The notes beneath the pieces were generated by a model. It ran no database searches. It saw only the letters and a program-made list of their open reading frames with translations, and was not told the DNA's origin. DNA of 64,000 bases from the human T2T-CHM13v2.0 reference genome, Homo sapiens. The DNA is taken from NCBI RefSeq assembly GCF_009914755.1, contig NC_060928.1, one strand, 5' to 3'. The first letter of the stretch is position 1. Every line of letters starts with the position of its first letter. Positions 42,363 through 55,200 of the stretch are shown here, piece by piece. A program made the position numbers and the translations under genes.

Positions 42363-42892
42363 CATACACAACCGCACTATATTTCACATATTCAAATGAA
42401 ATCAAGGCTGAAGGAAGGGACCCTAATCACACCCACAGTTAGACCTCAGATGTAGAGAACTGGTCTGGCAGCAAACACATGGGGTCAGGTAGGGAGGCAG
42501 GTAGAGGCTGACAAAAGCCAAATTACTGAGAGATTGAGCAATGGAGGGAGAAAACATTCTAATAAAAAAATGAATTAATCATGTTGATCTGGATTTACAG
42601 ATAAATATCAGAAGCAAGTAGTGGTTTAGGGTACTTTAAGGTATGGTTATTCTTTGACCCAGTTTTATTCAAGCTGTACTGGAGGCATTTTGCATACTAG
42701 AAATAAAGTGGTAAGAGTTAAGACTGAGAAAGTGCTCTCACAATACTGTCTAACCTTCCAACCCAAGCAGCCCTGCTTAAATCACTCCAAGACAGAATAA
42801 CACAGGACTAAGGGGGCCTTTCTAGGTCTTATTTCCCATCCGAAGGCTAAATAGACCTTATGCCTTGTTGTTTGAGAAAATCTACTCATGAT

Positions 42893-43414
42893 TCCTTGAG
42901 TAATCACCACACTGTCTTCCACAATGGTTGAACTAACTTACATCCTCACTAACAGTGTAAAAGCATTCCTATTTCTCCACAGCCTCACCAGTATCTATTG
43001 TTTCTCGACGTTTTAATAATCGCCATTCTGACTGGCATGAGATGATATCTCATTCTGTTTTTTATTTGCATTTCTCTAATGATCAGAGATGTTGAGCTTT
43101 TTTTCATATGTTTTTTGGTCACATAAATAGGCCTAGGCAAAGACTTCATGACAAAAACACTAAAAGTGATTGCAACAAAAGCCAAAATTGACAAATGGGA
43201 TCTAATTAAACTAAAGCGCTTCTGCACAGCAAAAGAAACTATGATCAGAGTGAACAGGCAACCTACAGAATGGGAGAAAATTTTTGCAATCTACCCATCT
43301 GACAAAGGTCTAACATCCAGAATCTACGAGGAACTTAAACAAATTTAGAATAAAAAACAAACAACTCTAACAAAAACTGGGCAAAGGATATGAACAGACG
43401 CTTCTCAAAAGAAG
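42893..43414 (-). mobile_element. L1PA7/8-like 5'-inverted fragment lacking its 3' end
   Basis: Antisense 42893-43128 joined to sense 43129-43414; the pieces are adjacent in L1 (GAAGAC|ATTTATG). Confidence 0.88.
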
Positions 43415-44090
43415 GCAGTTTCACTTTCTTATGATTCATTTGTTTACTGGAGTAGCACGTTTAATTTCCTTTAAGAACTTTTTCTTTGCATGCACAACTC
43501 TGCAAACTTTCTGGTGCAAGAGGCCTAGCATTTGGCCTTCCTCAGCTTTTGATATGTCTTCTTCACTAAACTTAATCATATTATTTCTAGCTTCTAATTG
43601 AAAGCCAAAAATGTTCCACTGTACTTTTTACTTGACTATTAAAAGGCCATTGTAGGGTTATTAATTGACCTAATTTTAATATTTTTACATCTCAGAGAAT
43701 AGGGAGGCCAAGAAGAGAGAAAGAGACAGGGGAACAGCTGGTTGGTGGAGCTGTCAGAACACACATTTATCAATTAAGTTTGCCGTCTTACATGGGCATG
43801 TTTCATGATGCCCCCAAACTATTACAATAGTAACATCAAAGATCACTAATAGAGATCACATAATAGATATTATAATAATAAGACAGTTTGAAGTATTGAG
43901 AGAATTAACAAAATGTAACAGGGACAAGAAATGAGCACATGATGTTGGAAAAATGGCACTATTAGACTTGCTTGATGCAAGGTTGCCACAAACATTCAAT
44001 TAGTAAAAAAAAAATACATATGTATATATATTACACAATATATATGAAACTCACTAAAGCAAAATACAATAAAACAAGATATTCCTTTAT
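43415..44090 (-). mobile_element. Tigger1 DNA transposon, 5' ~680 bp
   Basis: GGCCATTGTAGGGTTATTAATTG, TACAATAGTAACATCAAAGATCACT, GTTGGAAAAATGGC...GGTTGCCACAAAC. Confidence 0.88.
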
Positions 44091-45824
44091 AGGACTGATT
44101 TATTTGACCAATTATAAAGTAGCTAGATTTCTAAAATTAAGATATTTTCAAGATTGTTCAACTTTACCAATGAATGTTGAACAGTAATTTACAAATATGG
44201 CAAGAAGATAGACTTTTTATTTTATGACTTTGGAAGATAGAGTGGAAATGCAATAAGCTGCGGATTTTTCACTAGGGCATCCTTCAACATCATGCCAGTC
44301 AGTATATGACCTGTGCTAAGCTCCTCCAAGGTATAAATCTATTATTCAATATTTCAAATCTGTGTACAAAATAGAAATACCTTGAAATAGCAACAGGTCT
44401 TTTTAAACTCCAAAGTGCTTAGATATTGTTGGAATAACCTGTAGCTATGTTAAACAAGAGCTATTACTTGGCTCACTAGTTTATTTGTTTTAGTGTATAG
44501 CCTCGTGAATTCAGTTTTCCATTCAGAATATATTTAGCCCTAGATTTCTGCCATAGGAACAGCAGTAGTTGAAATGCTAAATAAACAGTTATTCACAGAG
44601 GCAAGTATAGAGTGTAGGCTGATTTCATTTTATGTACCTGAGAACTATAAAAAGAGTGCATTATCAAAAAGCATAATAGCTATACCATAAATATATGATG
44701 AACTGAATGACCCTCTGTTAGTTTTCACTGTAATTTCTGATAGATATTCACAAAATAAAAAACATCAGATCCAATTCTTTAAAAAGTGAAAGTGAAATCA
44801 TAAGTCCTTAGTGCCAGCATGGAGAGGCTTCAGGAGGCATGGAGCCCTGTGGTTTGACTGCTGACTCTTCCACTTTGTGGCTGTGTGAGCAGGAACAATC
44901 ACAACCAGCTCTCTGAGGCTAACTCTTCTCTTGCACAAAACAAAAATGATAACAACGCCTTAATTCCCAAAGCTTTTAGAATGATCAAACAAAACAATGC
45001 ATATAAAAGCTTTGAAAACTCAGTCACTGCTGTCAACTTTCACTACCAGAAGGATTCTGCCTTTGCCTATAGAAAATCGATTATTTTAATTTTTCCCCAC
45101 AAGAATCCTAGAAGAAATGATTCAAATCCTTATTATTTCAATCCATTTAATCTTGTGTGAATTCTAAAAGGATACATTTTTAAGTCATACTGCAGAACTA
45201 CGCAGCACTTTGTCAGGACTTTTACTGAGTTGTTGGTTCTTAATATTTTGAAAAAACTTCCTGTATCTTTATTCAAGGAAGTAAGTGGAATTCTTGATAT
45301 ATAAATTCATATTCAGATGCTATTTTTGGAATTTTTCAGCAAAGTGTGGCAGAGCGAGGCAGGAATTCTCCTTTTTCAGGTTCTATCTCCATTCTATAAA
45401 GTCCACACGTATTCGTTGTTCCCAAGATACAGAGAGAAATATGACGTATGCATGCAAGTTGCTGTATTTCACAAAGTCTAAAGAGTTTCTTTTTAGAAGC
45501 TTTCAAAATACTTTTACATTGGAACTTTTGAAAGCTAACGAAATAATTATTTGGGGAGGAAGGGCAAAAATATCTCTCATTTCTTACGTTTTTGTAGACT
45601 AGGGCTCTCTTTTACTCCACAGAAGGTCAAAAAGCCAGTGAGCACTTGTAGCTTTTCTCTCCACTCCTTACTCACTCTTTCACATTGTAGCGAGTGTTAT
45701 TATAATACCTATCAGTCCAAATACCATACTCATGTCTGAGACCTCAAATCAGAGAAACATGTCCCATCCCCACACTTCCCGCACGTGGTCAGTCTCAGAT
45801 GTAGGTAAGAAGACAATGACTCCT

Positions 45825-46010
45825 GCTCTAAAGTATTTACATGTTAACTCATTTAATTTTTCCAACAACCCTATGAAACACATCTTAAGTTATCTCCTTT
45901 TTGTAGAGGAGGAAACTGAGGTATAGAAATGTTAAGTGGTTTTTCATACAATCCCATAACTAGTAGTGATGACAGCAGAAACCACCGTAACTGAGTCAGA
46001 GACTCCATCT
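45825..46010 (-). mobile_element. MIR SINE
   Basis: TTAACTCATTTAAT...CAACAACCCTATGA...GAGGAAACTGAGG...GTTAAGTG. Confidence 0.8.
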
Positions 46011-47638
46011 TTCCTTCCTGAGCCCAAGGGTTTGCCATTTATTAAGTGACCTGGTTTGTAAAATGCCTTAATCCTCTGATACTTGTACTTGCAAAGTTCT
46101 TTGCACCCTCAGCTGTACCAAAAGACGATTTGAAAAGGAGGAAATAAATTACTGTAATTTTGACCTTAGGTTGTAGCCACTTTTTACCAAATAGCATTAC
46201 TGGTAGTTATTGGGCTATTCCAAAATAAAAACAATATTGAAATCTTCATCTTGTACCTTGTATCTGTCTCTTTGCTATGAGACACTGAACAGAAGGAGTT
46301 AAGTTGCTCTCCAGGAGTTCCAGAGGTTCCATTGCTATCCAGGTCTTATTTATCTTTATTGGTTTGTTGTTTTGTTTGTTTGGCTTTTATTTAGGCACTG
46401 TTTGTTTATTTAATTCATGTTAAACAGTAAATGTCTGTATAGCATTTATAATGGAAGTTAATTAGTATCTTGAATTCAAGTTTTAGATACTGAAGACAAT
46501 TTTCAGTACATATATAATATTTTATAATACATATAATTTCATTTTTAAATGGAAGCAAATATTAATAGTCTATGTTCTCTGCATAACAAGAGCCAAATAA
46601 GTTTTATACTGTTATGCCTTTTTCATAGAATTATATATTAACAGTTGAAGATTGATGCTAGAGAGATTGCTCTTTCACTTAAGAGAATAATAGTAGCACA
46701 TGATGGAGCCAATATTCCAAGCTATTTGGACACCAAAGTCCACGCAGCATTATCTCAGTGACACAGACTTCCTTTGATCTGTTATTATTCCTTTTAATTA
46801 CTTCACAATGACATAAACTGCCAAAACCTTCAAAATGCAAATCTTATCTGGAATGCCATAAATACAGATAGTATATTAAAACTTGATAACTATTTGAAAT
46901 ATTTTTATTCATAGTTGAAAAATAATTGTCTTCATTATTGTTTACTTTCTTTCAAGTTTAACTTCCTCCCCTTGAGCTGAAGTAAATATTGTTGACTTAA
47001 AATAACAAACAAAATTCCCTGCTGCTTCTCCAGGGTTTGGTAAACACTACATTGCTGTTGTGTGCATGTATTCCATAAATGGTATATTTAATTTCCTGTG
47101 GTATTACTACCCATTTATGTGGCTGCTAGTCAATACTTTTCAAGCTTGATGCTTTTCTAGAGAAAATGAATGTTGAACAAAGCATAGAGGAAATCTGTGT
47201 AACATTTTTAGAAAGTTATGTTTTGTCACATTTCTAAGGTTATCCAGAAACCTAAGCTATGCTTTTAAAGCAACTTAAAAAATGATAAAACAAGAGAAGA
47301 CCCTTAATCATTGCAGGTTCCTTTCAAACACCCTCTTACATGACAGAATGCTATTTTTTGTTTTGTTTTTTATTTTTTTCCATCAAAATGCAAACTATGA
47401 AACTAGGAGTTGCCACATGGAACAATCCAAAGTCACCAATTAACCCTCAAGGTCTCTAGGGAAAATTCAGGTTTGAGGGGCCTTTTTTGATAACATTGAA
47501 GTTTTGGTAAGAAAGATCCGAACAGAATCTGGCCCTAAGCATTATTTGCCCATTCTTTAGTAATTTCAAGACAACTAAAAGTGTTGAAAGGTTATAACTG
47601 ATACCGATATATTTATGGCTGCAACAGACTAGTCTTCC

Positions 47639-47797
47639 CTGAACTAAGACCATCACACTATTTCAAATAGGCCACCAAGAACACATTAGATGATCACAGC
47701 TTTCAGCCACTCCTGATTTAGGCTGAATTGGAACCAGTGACCTAGAAGCAAATAGTGTCATATTCCATTACTAAATGTCTTAGCCAGTCAGTTACCC
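47639..47797 (-). mobile_element. LF-SINE (LFSINE_Vert) 5' portion
   Basis: Minus strand TGGCTAAG..TAGTAATGGAATATG..TCTAGGTCACTGGTTCCAATTCAGCC..AGTGGCTGAAAG..CATCT..GGTGGCCTATTTGAAAT..TGGTCTTAGTTCAG is colinear with the recalled LF-SINE consensus. Confidence 0.75.
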
Positions 47798-48945
47798 TCA
47801 GTATTTTTTCCCCCTTAATCATTTTTATTAGCAGCATTCCCATTTTTACCACCAGGCAATTTGAAAGCTCTCAAGTATATGCCCTGACACAAATTATAGC
47901 TATTGTTTACACTACCTTCTTATAAAGACAGATTATTCCCTTGTGTGAGATTCACCTTGAATTATGCCAGCTGCTTTCCAATTTCAGTATTTGTTCTTCG
48001 TTTATTCTCTGTTGTAGTCTCTGAATGGCATTAGATGTGGTTGGAATGACAAGTGCCTTCTTAGCTCTATAAGTGAAGATGAATTTAAGAAAGAACCAAC
48101 AGACAAGTGTCCATCATAACTAGGGCAAGCTAGCCCCAGGTGTACAGCTATGTAAATTGGTCCAAATATGCACTTACTGCTTTCATTTGATTTTTTTTTC
48201 ATTTCACCTCGCGACTTTTAAGTACTCTAGAGTGTACAACGTAAAAAATCACTGTTGTTCCTTCATATTTTATCAATACACTGACGCAAAAATATAAAAA
48301 CAGGAACTGGTGCTTTTTTTTAACTTTTGATCCTACATATTTTTCTCTTTGGAATGCTTGTCATGTCTACAGTGATCTGTGAAACAGAATGCCTAGATAG
48401 AAATGGAAGTACATCAATATTGCTTTAACAGAGAGAGTGCTTCATGAAGACACACAGGTATATAATTAAACATAACAAACATTTCCCAAGGACAGATCTC
48501 TCTAACTCAACAAAATAAAACTTGCATTCCTTTGTGCTTTACCCTGAAGACAACTTCATAACTTTGGAGGGTTGTAAAGTGGTTTAGAGGACAATTCTGA
48601 TAGCTATTTTTAGAAAATAAGAGACATCCAGCTTAGATAGATACCAATGTGTTTAGAGGAAATGGTGTGGAAAATATAAACACTGGAAAATAGTATACTC
48701 AGGCAAATGGTTTGTGCTTAGTCTTTGAGGTTTCTTGTTTTCCTGAGTTTTACTGTTGATATTCATTGTAATTTCCTTATGAAGTTAAAAAAAGAGAGAG
48801 AGAGAGAGACTCTTTTCTCATAATAAATCAATAAAGAAGGTATAATACAATATTTTATTTTAGGGATAATTTTTATCAACACATTACATCTTTTACTTAC
48901 AATTCAAGTTTTTTGGGATTGTGATACATAGATATATTGACTCCA

Positions 48946-51233
48946 TAATGTGGTGTGGCTGTGTCCCCACCCAAATCTTATCTTGAATTGTACTACCATA
49001 ATTCCCACGTGTTGTGGAAGGAACCTGGTGGGAGATAATTGAATCATGGGGGCGATTTTGCCCATACTGTTCTCACGGTAGTGAATAAATCTCACAAGAT
49101 TTGATGGTTTTATAAAAGGTTTCCACTTTTGCTGTTTCCTCATTCTCTTCTCTTGTCTGCCACCACGTGAGATGTGTCTTTCACATTCCATAATGATTGT
49201 GAGGCCTCCCCAGTCACATGGAACTGCAAGTCCATTAAACCTCTTTCTTTTGTAAATTGCCCAGTCTCAGGTGTGTATTTATCAGCAGCTTGAAAATGGA
49301 CAAATACAGTAAATTTGTACCAGTAGAGTGGGGTGCTGCTAAAAAGATTCCTGAAAATGTGAAAGCCACTTTGGAACTGGGTAACAGGCAGAGGTTGCAA
49401 CAGTTGGAAGGGCTCAGAAAAATACAAGAAAATGTGGGAAAGTTTGGAACTCCCTAGAGACTTGTTGAATGCCTTTGACCAACATGCTGATAATGATATA
49501 GACAACAAAATCCAAGCTGAGATGGTCTCAGGTGGAGATGAGGAGCTTGTTGGAAACTGGAGTGAAGGTGACTCTTGTTATGTTTTAACAAAGAGTCTGG
49601 TGACATTTTACCCCTGCCCTAGAGATTTGTGGAACTTTGAACTTGAGAGACATAATTTAGGGTATCTGGCAGAAGAAATTTCTAAGGAGAAAAGCATTCA
49701 AGATGTGAATTGGGTGCTGTTAAAAGCATTCAGTTTTATAAGGGAAACAGCATGAAAGTTCGGAAAATTTGTAGCCTGACAAGGTAATAGAAAAAAAAAT
49801 AAATAAAAACATTTTCTGAGGAGAAATTCAAGCTGGCCGCAGAAATTTGCATAAATAATGAAGATCCAAATGTTAATCACCAAGACAATGGGGCAAATGT
49901 CTCCAGGGCATTTCAGAGATCTTCATGGCAGCCTCTCTCCTCACAAGCCTAGAGGCCTAGGAGGAAAAAGTTGTGTTCTGGGCCAGGCCCAGGGCCCCCC
50001 TGCTGTGTGTAGCCTAAGTACTTGGCATCCTGGGTCTCAGCCACTCCATCTGTGGCTAAAAGGGGCCGAGGTACAGCTCAGGTAGTGGCTACAAAGGGTG
50101 CAAGCTCCACGCCTTCCACATGGTGCTTGGCCTGTGAGTACACAGAAGTCAAGAATTGAGGTTTGGGAGCCTCCATCTAGATTTCAGAAGATATATGGAA
50201 ACGCCTGGACATCCAGGCAGAGGGGTGCTACAAGGTCAGAGCCCTCATGGAGAAACTCTAGTAGGGCAGTGCGGAAGGAAAAATGTGGGATTGAAGCCCC
50301 CGCACAGAGTCCCCACTGGGGCACTGCCTAGAGGAGCTGTGAGAAGAGAGCCATCATCCTCCAGACCCGAGAATTGTTTGCACCACTGTGTGCCTGGAAA
50401 AGCCACAGACACTCAATGCCAGCCTGTGAAAGCAGCCAGGAGGGAGGCTATACCTTGCAAAGCCATGGGGGTGTAGCTCCCAAGACCGTGGGAGCCCACA
50501 TCTTGCATCAGCATGACCTGGATATGAGGCATTGAGTCAAAGGAGGTCATTTTGAGCTTTAACATTTGACTGCCCCACTAGATTTCACACTTGCATGGGG
50601 CCTGTAGCCCCTTTGTTTTGGTCAATTTCTCCCATATGGAATGGGAGTATTTATCCAATGCCTGTACAGCTGCTGTATCTAGGAAATAACTAACTTGCTT
50701 TTGATTTTACAGGCTCATAGGCAGAAGGGATTTGCCTTGTCTCAGATGATACTTTGGAATGTGAACTTTTGAGTTAATGCTGAAATGAATTAAGAGTTTG
50801 GGGGTCTGTTGGGAATGCATGATTGTTTTTGAAATGTGATGACATGAGATTTGGATGGGGCAGGGGCAGAATGATATCGTTTGACTGTGTTCCCACCCAT
50901 ATCTCATCTTGAATTGTATTCCCATAATTCCCACTTGACATAGGAGGAAACTGGTGGGAGATAATTGAATCATGGGGGCGGTTCCCTCATACTGTGCTCA
51001 TGGTAGTGAATAAGTTTCACGAGATCTGATGGTTTTATAAGGGGTTTCCACTTTTGTTTCTTCCTCATTCTCTTCTCTTGTCCACCACCATGCGAGATGT
51101 GCCTTTCACATTCCACCACGATCGTGAGGCCTCCCCAGCCACGTGGAACTGTAAGTCCATTAAACCTCCTTATTTTGTAAATTGTCCAATCTCAGGTATG
51201 TCTTTATCAGCAGCTTGAAAACAGACTAATATA
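48946..51233 (+). mobile_element. Two-LTR THE1B-like MaLR element (LTR 48946-49308, internal 49309-50871, LTR 50872-51233)
   Basis: Two homologous ~362-bp LTRs, internal start GTAAATTTGTACCAGTAGAGTGGGG, purine tract before the 3' LTR, perfect TSD CTCCA. Confidence 0.95.
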
Positions 51234-51239
51234 CTCCAC

Positions 51240-51690
51240 AGTGTGCATTTCTTAGGGTCCTTCAAAAGTGAATGTTAAAGCAAGGATTGGGACACAAGTG
51301 TATAATATATTGGGAGGTAATCTAAGTGAGCACATTGAAGGAGTGAACAAGTGAGGACTAAAAGGGAGAGAAGCCAGTAAAAGTTGCATTAATAAGTGGG
51401 TTGCTGTTATGGAAAACTCCTCAGTTCTTTCCAGGACCTCTAAGAGATTCTGTAAAAATATTTCACCATGAGAGGAATAAATAGAGCTATATAGCTACTC
51501 ACTCCTGCTATTCCTTGGTGGAGAGGAAATCCTGGTGGCAGTAACTTCCTGCCAAGTAGAGTCCCAGGGCCAAAACGTGGCCCAAGGTAAAGAGAGGCAG
51601 AAAGCTGTGGGTGTGAATAAAATCTGCACGCCAATGACTTCAAAGGTGGACTGAGGGAGGTGGGAGGGGAACTCACTGTCTCATCTACAA
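51240..51690 (-). mobile_element. LTR16-group ERVL LTR
   Basis: CAAGGATTGGGACACAAGT...TTGGGAGGTAATC...AGGGAGAGAAGCCAGTAAAAG. Confidence 0.6.
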
Positions 51691-53221
51691 TGTATATGTA
51701 AAAACCTAAAGCAAAAGAGAGCAATGCTAAGATGGATTTTAGTTTTTAAAAATGGAGAGAGCATTTGTCAGAAGTTATAAAAGACGTTTATCAGCTCTGA
51801 TTTTCCCAATGTCACCATCTCTATCAACTTAGAGATACTGGAAGTACTTGCAGTTTTGATGGATAACAAATCCTCTCTAAAGAAAAAATGCTCTCAAACA
51901 CTCTCTTCTTTACTACATGTATTAGCAGTGTGATGTTTGCTACTCACTAAAGCTTGACTCTTGTCAAGCTGTCAAGTGCTATTTTCAAAGGTATTTTATT
52001 TTGTAGAAATGTAGGACTTCAGGTTCAGGGGAGGTGTTCAAGAGTCCAGGGTGTCATTTCCTATCTTAGGAGTTTACGAGGACTCTGAGCTATTGAACAG
52101 GTAGGACTGCTTGCTCTTGAAGGTTAGTTCTGAAAGGGTTGAGCAATGTTTGAAGGCTGTGGCAGGTGTTACTTCTACTGTGTGACTGAAGAGGAACATT
52201 CTAGTTTCTGTGAAAGGGAAGTCCTTTTTAAATAATGTTGACAAGAAATACTAATATATCCCCCTCTGCACTGGTGATGTGGTGTAGATGCTCTTGGGAT
52301 GGTCTAGGACTCTGGGTTTGTCTCCCATGTGGCTCCTTGGAAACTTGCAATGGGGGGTTGTGACTTCAATAGAGAACAGATAGTTCCTCATTGCTGAATT
52401 CAGTCATGTCTACATGGTTCTTTTTCTCTGTTACACCAAGACCTGCATACCTGTATCTCTGTTTTTCCCCTTAGTCATCTGAATTTTTATTTCTTGGGAA
52501 TGTGCAGGAGGAGGGAGTCTGTCACTACTGCTTTTTATTCCAGTCGATGTTTATGGCATAAACTTTTTTCCTAGAGATTTTAGAGCTTAGACATTTTGAG
52601 CTCACCTAGTATAGCTCTTGCAAATCAGGAACATTGACTTTAAAGTCTATATTTAGAAAATAAAAATACCAAGAAAAGTTCTACTTGGTTTCAGATTCTG
52701 CTGGGGCATCTATTTCCTGAGATAGAACCATCAGAGTAGCCCAGCTAGCTGAGCTGCAGGTAGGACCACTGGATACTAAAAAAGGACAATTATAAATAAT
52801 ATTTCAGAGCTTAATACTCCCATAAATATACCTGTAACCTGGATAATAATAAGCAATCTATATATACATTATAGAGAATATGTAATAATAATAGCCATGA
52901 ATAAATAGTAATATATTGAAATTGTTTTGGTTGGAAGTTTTAATTTCTATGTGGTTAAGCTGCTAATATAATTTAGATTTCAATTTTATTTTAATGAGCC
53001 AATAATGTAACTTAAATATGTATTTGAAATAATAGCTCACATATAACTTTGATAAAAAGCAGTGATTGATATTTCACAAATATATTTCCTTACTTATGAG
53101 TTCAAGATAATATACAGGTTTACAAATTGGTTTTAGCCATGCTAAGTTATATACAGAATATATGGCTTCTTAATTTTTGTACTAAATTACCTGGTCTTCC
53201 TCAATACCTTCCCCCACCCAC

Positions 53222-53253
53222 CCACACACACAAACACACACACACACACACAC
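53222..53253. repeat. (CA)n microsatellite, interrupted
   Basis: Direct reading. Confidence 0.9.
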
Positions 53254-54956
53254 GCAATGGTAGTGAAACAATACTAAACTTAATATAATATAATGTGGCT
53301 TATCCCCCAATTTAAGCGATGTCTTCAGTTGACTTATTCTCTTTTGGATGAATTATAAAGCTTTAAGAATGGTTTCACCTTCCCCTGTCTCTATGTTCCT
53401 ATTGTTTCTTTCTGTGGTGACATCTGCATGTGTATGGATGTGTGGCTTCTGTGATGGGAAGAAAGAGGGCAAGAGAGAGGAAGCCGTTCGATCCAGGCAG
53501 GTTCTCCGGATCCTCACTGACTTCCACTTAAGTATGACTGATCTGTGCTGAAAACCAGAATGTTGACACCTGAAGTTCCACTGCTCTGCCCTTTGGCATT
53601 CTGCAAGGGTTTTCTGGTAGAAATCCCAGGATGTATATCTCAGACTGATTCTAATTCCTAAAAGTATGGCAGGCTGACCAGGTACCAGGATTGATGCTTC
53701 TGGAGCTATAGACCACCTGAGATGTGCCTGTGATCCTCTGTGTGTCTGAGCCAGGTTGTCAGCCATTTAACACTGCTCCACTTCACTTTGCCTCTTCTGT
53801 GGCAAACTCCTTAGTCAAGGCACTCAGGCATATTATTAACGAACTCCCTTACCATATGCTGAGATGTCTTCTGAGTTTTGTCTACTCCATGGAAAACTTA
53901 TTAAACTCAGGGCCTCTCTCTATCCAGTAAGCTGGACCACTGCTTATATGACTTGTGTGAGAAGTGTCTATGAGATATGTTCCCTTCAGAGTCCAAAAAA
54001 GAAAAGGAGAAAGCCTCTTTGCCCTCAGGATCTTTCAAATAGACATAGATGTTTCTGTTGATTTCTGGCTTCTTCAGGTTACAGAGTTACAATGTTAGAT
54101 ACAAACATTTCTGTACCAACAAAAGAGGTGGCAAGCTATCAGAACTTGTTATTCTAGAATTCAAACTCAACAGATTTAAGGAATGAATCTGTCTGGTTCA
54201 TCGCTTTACCACATCAAGAGTGTATGTATTTGTTGAATGAGCGAATGACAAAAGCTTATGATTTGCTAAAATTGCTCCTGAATGCCACAGGGCTTTTCTT
54301 TTGCAGAGACAACGGAGGTCACTTGTGTCACAGTTTTCTTTGTTTGAGTGTGGGATATGTTCTTCATGGGTTGTTTCACTCAAATTACCTTTAAGATGTT
54401 GAAGAACCAGCAGCCTTGTTTTGAAAGCATCTCCAACAACAGAAACTGAAAACAGCCCCGACCACAGCACTTGCATTCATCACTGCCAGTGGTACTTTCA
54501 GAGCTTTTGTCATTCGCTGTAGGTGCCTAATATGCAGACATGTGCTTCTTCAAACTCAGGAATGGGCAGCCACCAGGACAATGTCTACAGAATGACTGTG
54601 CACACTGGTAGTCTCACAGGGCATCAGCTGTGCCAATAGAACCGTAACAGCTGGTCTTTACCTCTCTGCAGCACTGTGATGACCATTGTCAGTACAATTG
54701 CACTGTCACTAGCAGCAGCAACAGAGTAATACATGCATATGGCAAGCTAGAAGAGAAAAAGGGGAAGCTGGGAAGCTGTGTGGAAGACTGAAGGACTGCT
54801 TTGTAATTATCAGTGGCTTTGGAGAGGAATCTGAGTTTCCTCAGAGAAGGTGAGAGAAAAGGTAGAACAATCTTTATGTTTTGTGTCCATAATTGTGACC
54901 ATGCTTTAATTTAAAAAATAAAGGATGAAGTGGCCTAGAAATCTAGAAATCTTGAT

Positions 54957-54989
54957 GTGTGTGTGTGTGTGTGTGCGTGTGTGTGTGTG
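54957..54989. repeat. (TG)n microsatellite with one interruption
   Basis: Direct reading. Confidence 0.95.
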
Positions 54990-55029
54990 TTCAGGAATAA
55001 TTTGGTGGCATAACCAACACACATCAAAA

Positions 55030-55200
55030 TCTGCGCTCTGGCACCATTTTTACTTAGGTAAGTCTTAGGAGCCTTTGTAATTACTGCAGCTTTCCAAGAT
55101 TCTGTTTCCTTATTTTAATTGAAGATATCAATACCTGCCCTGCTTACCTCACATCCCTGTTGTGAGAATGAAACAGTGCTTACAAAAGTGTTTGATGAAT
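55030..55200 (+). mobile_element. MIR SINE
   Basis: TCTGTTTCCTTAT...AATACCTGCCCTGCTTACCTCACA...TGTTGTGAGAATGAAA. Confidence 0.65.

Noticed and set aside
49140-50973. Cluster of overlapping ORFs
   Set aside because: All lie in THE1B LTR or internal sequence and are broken by stops
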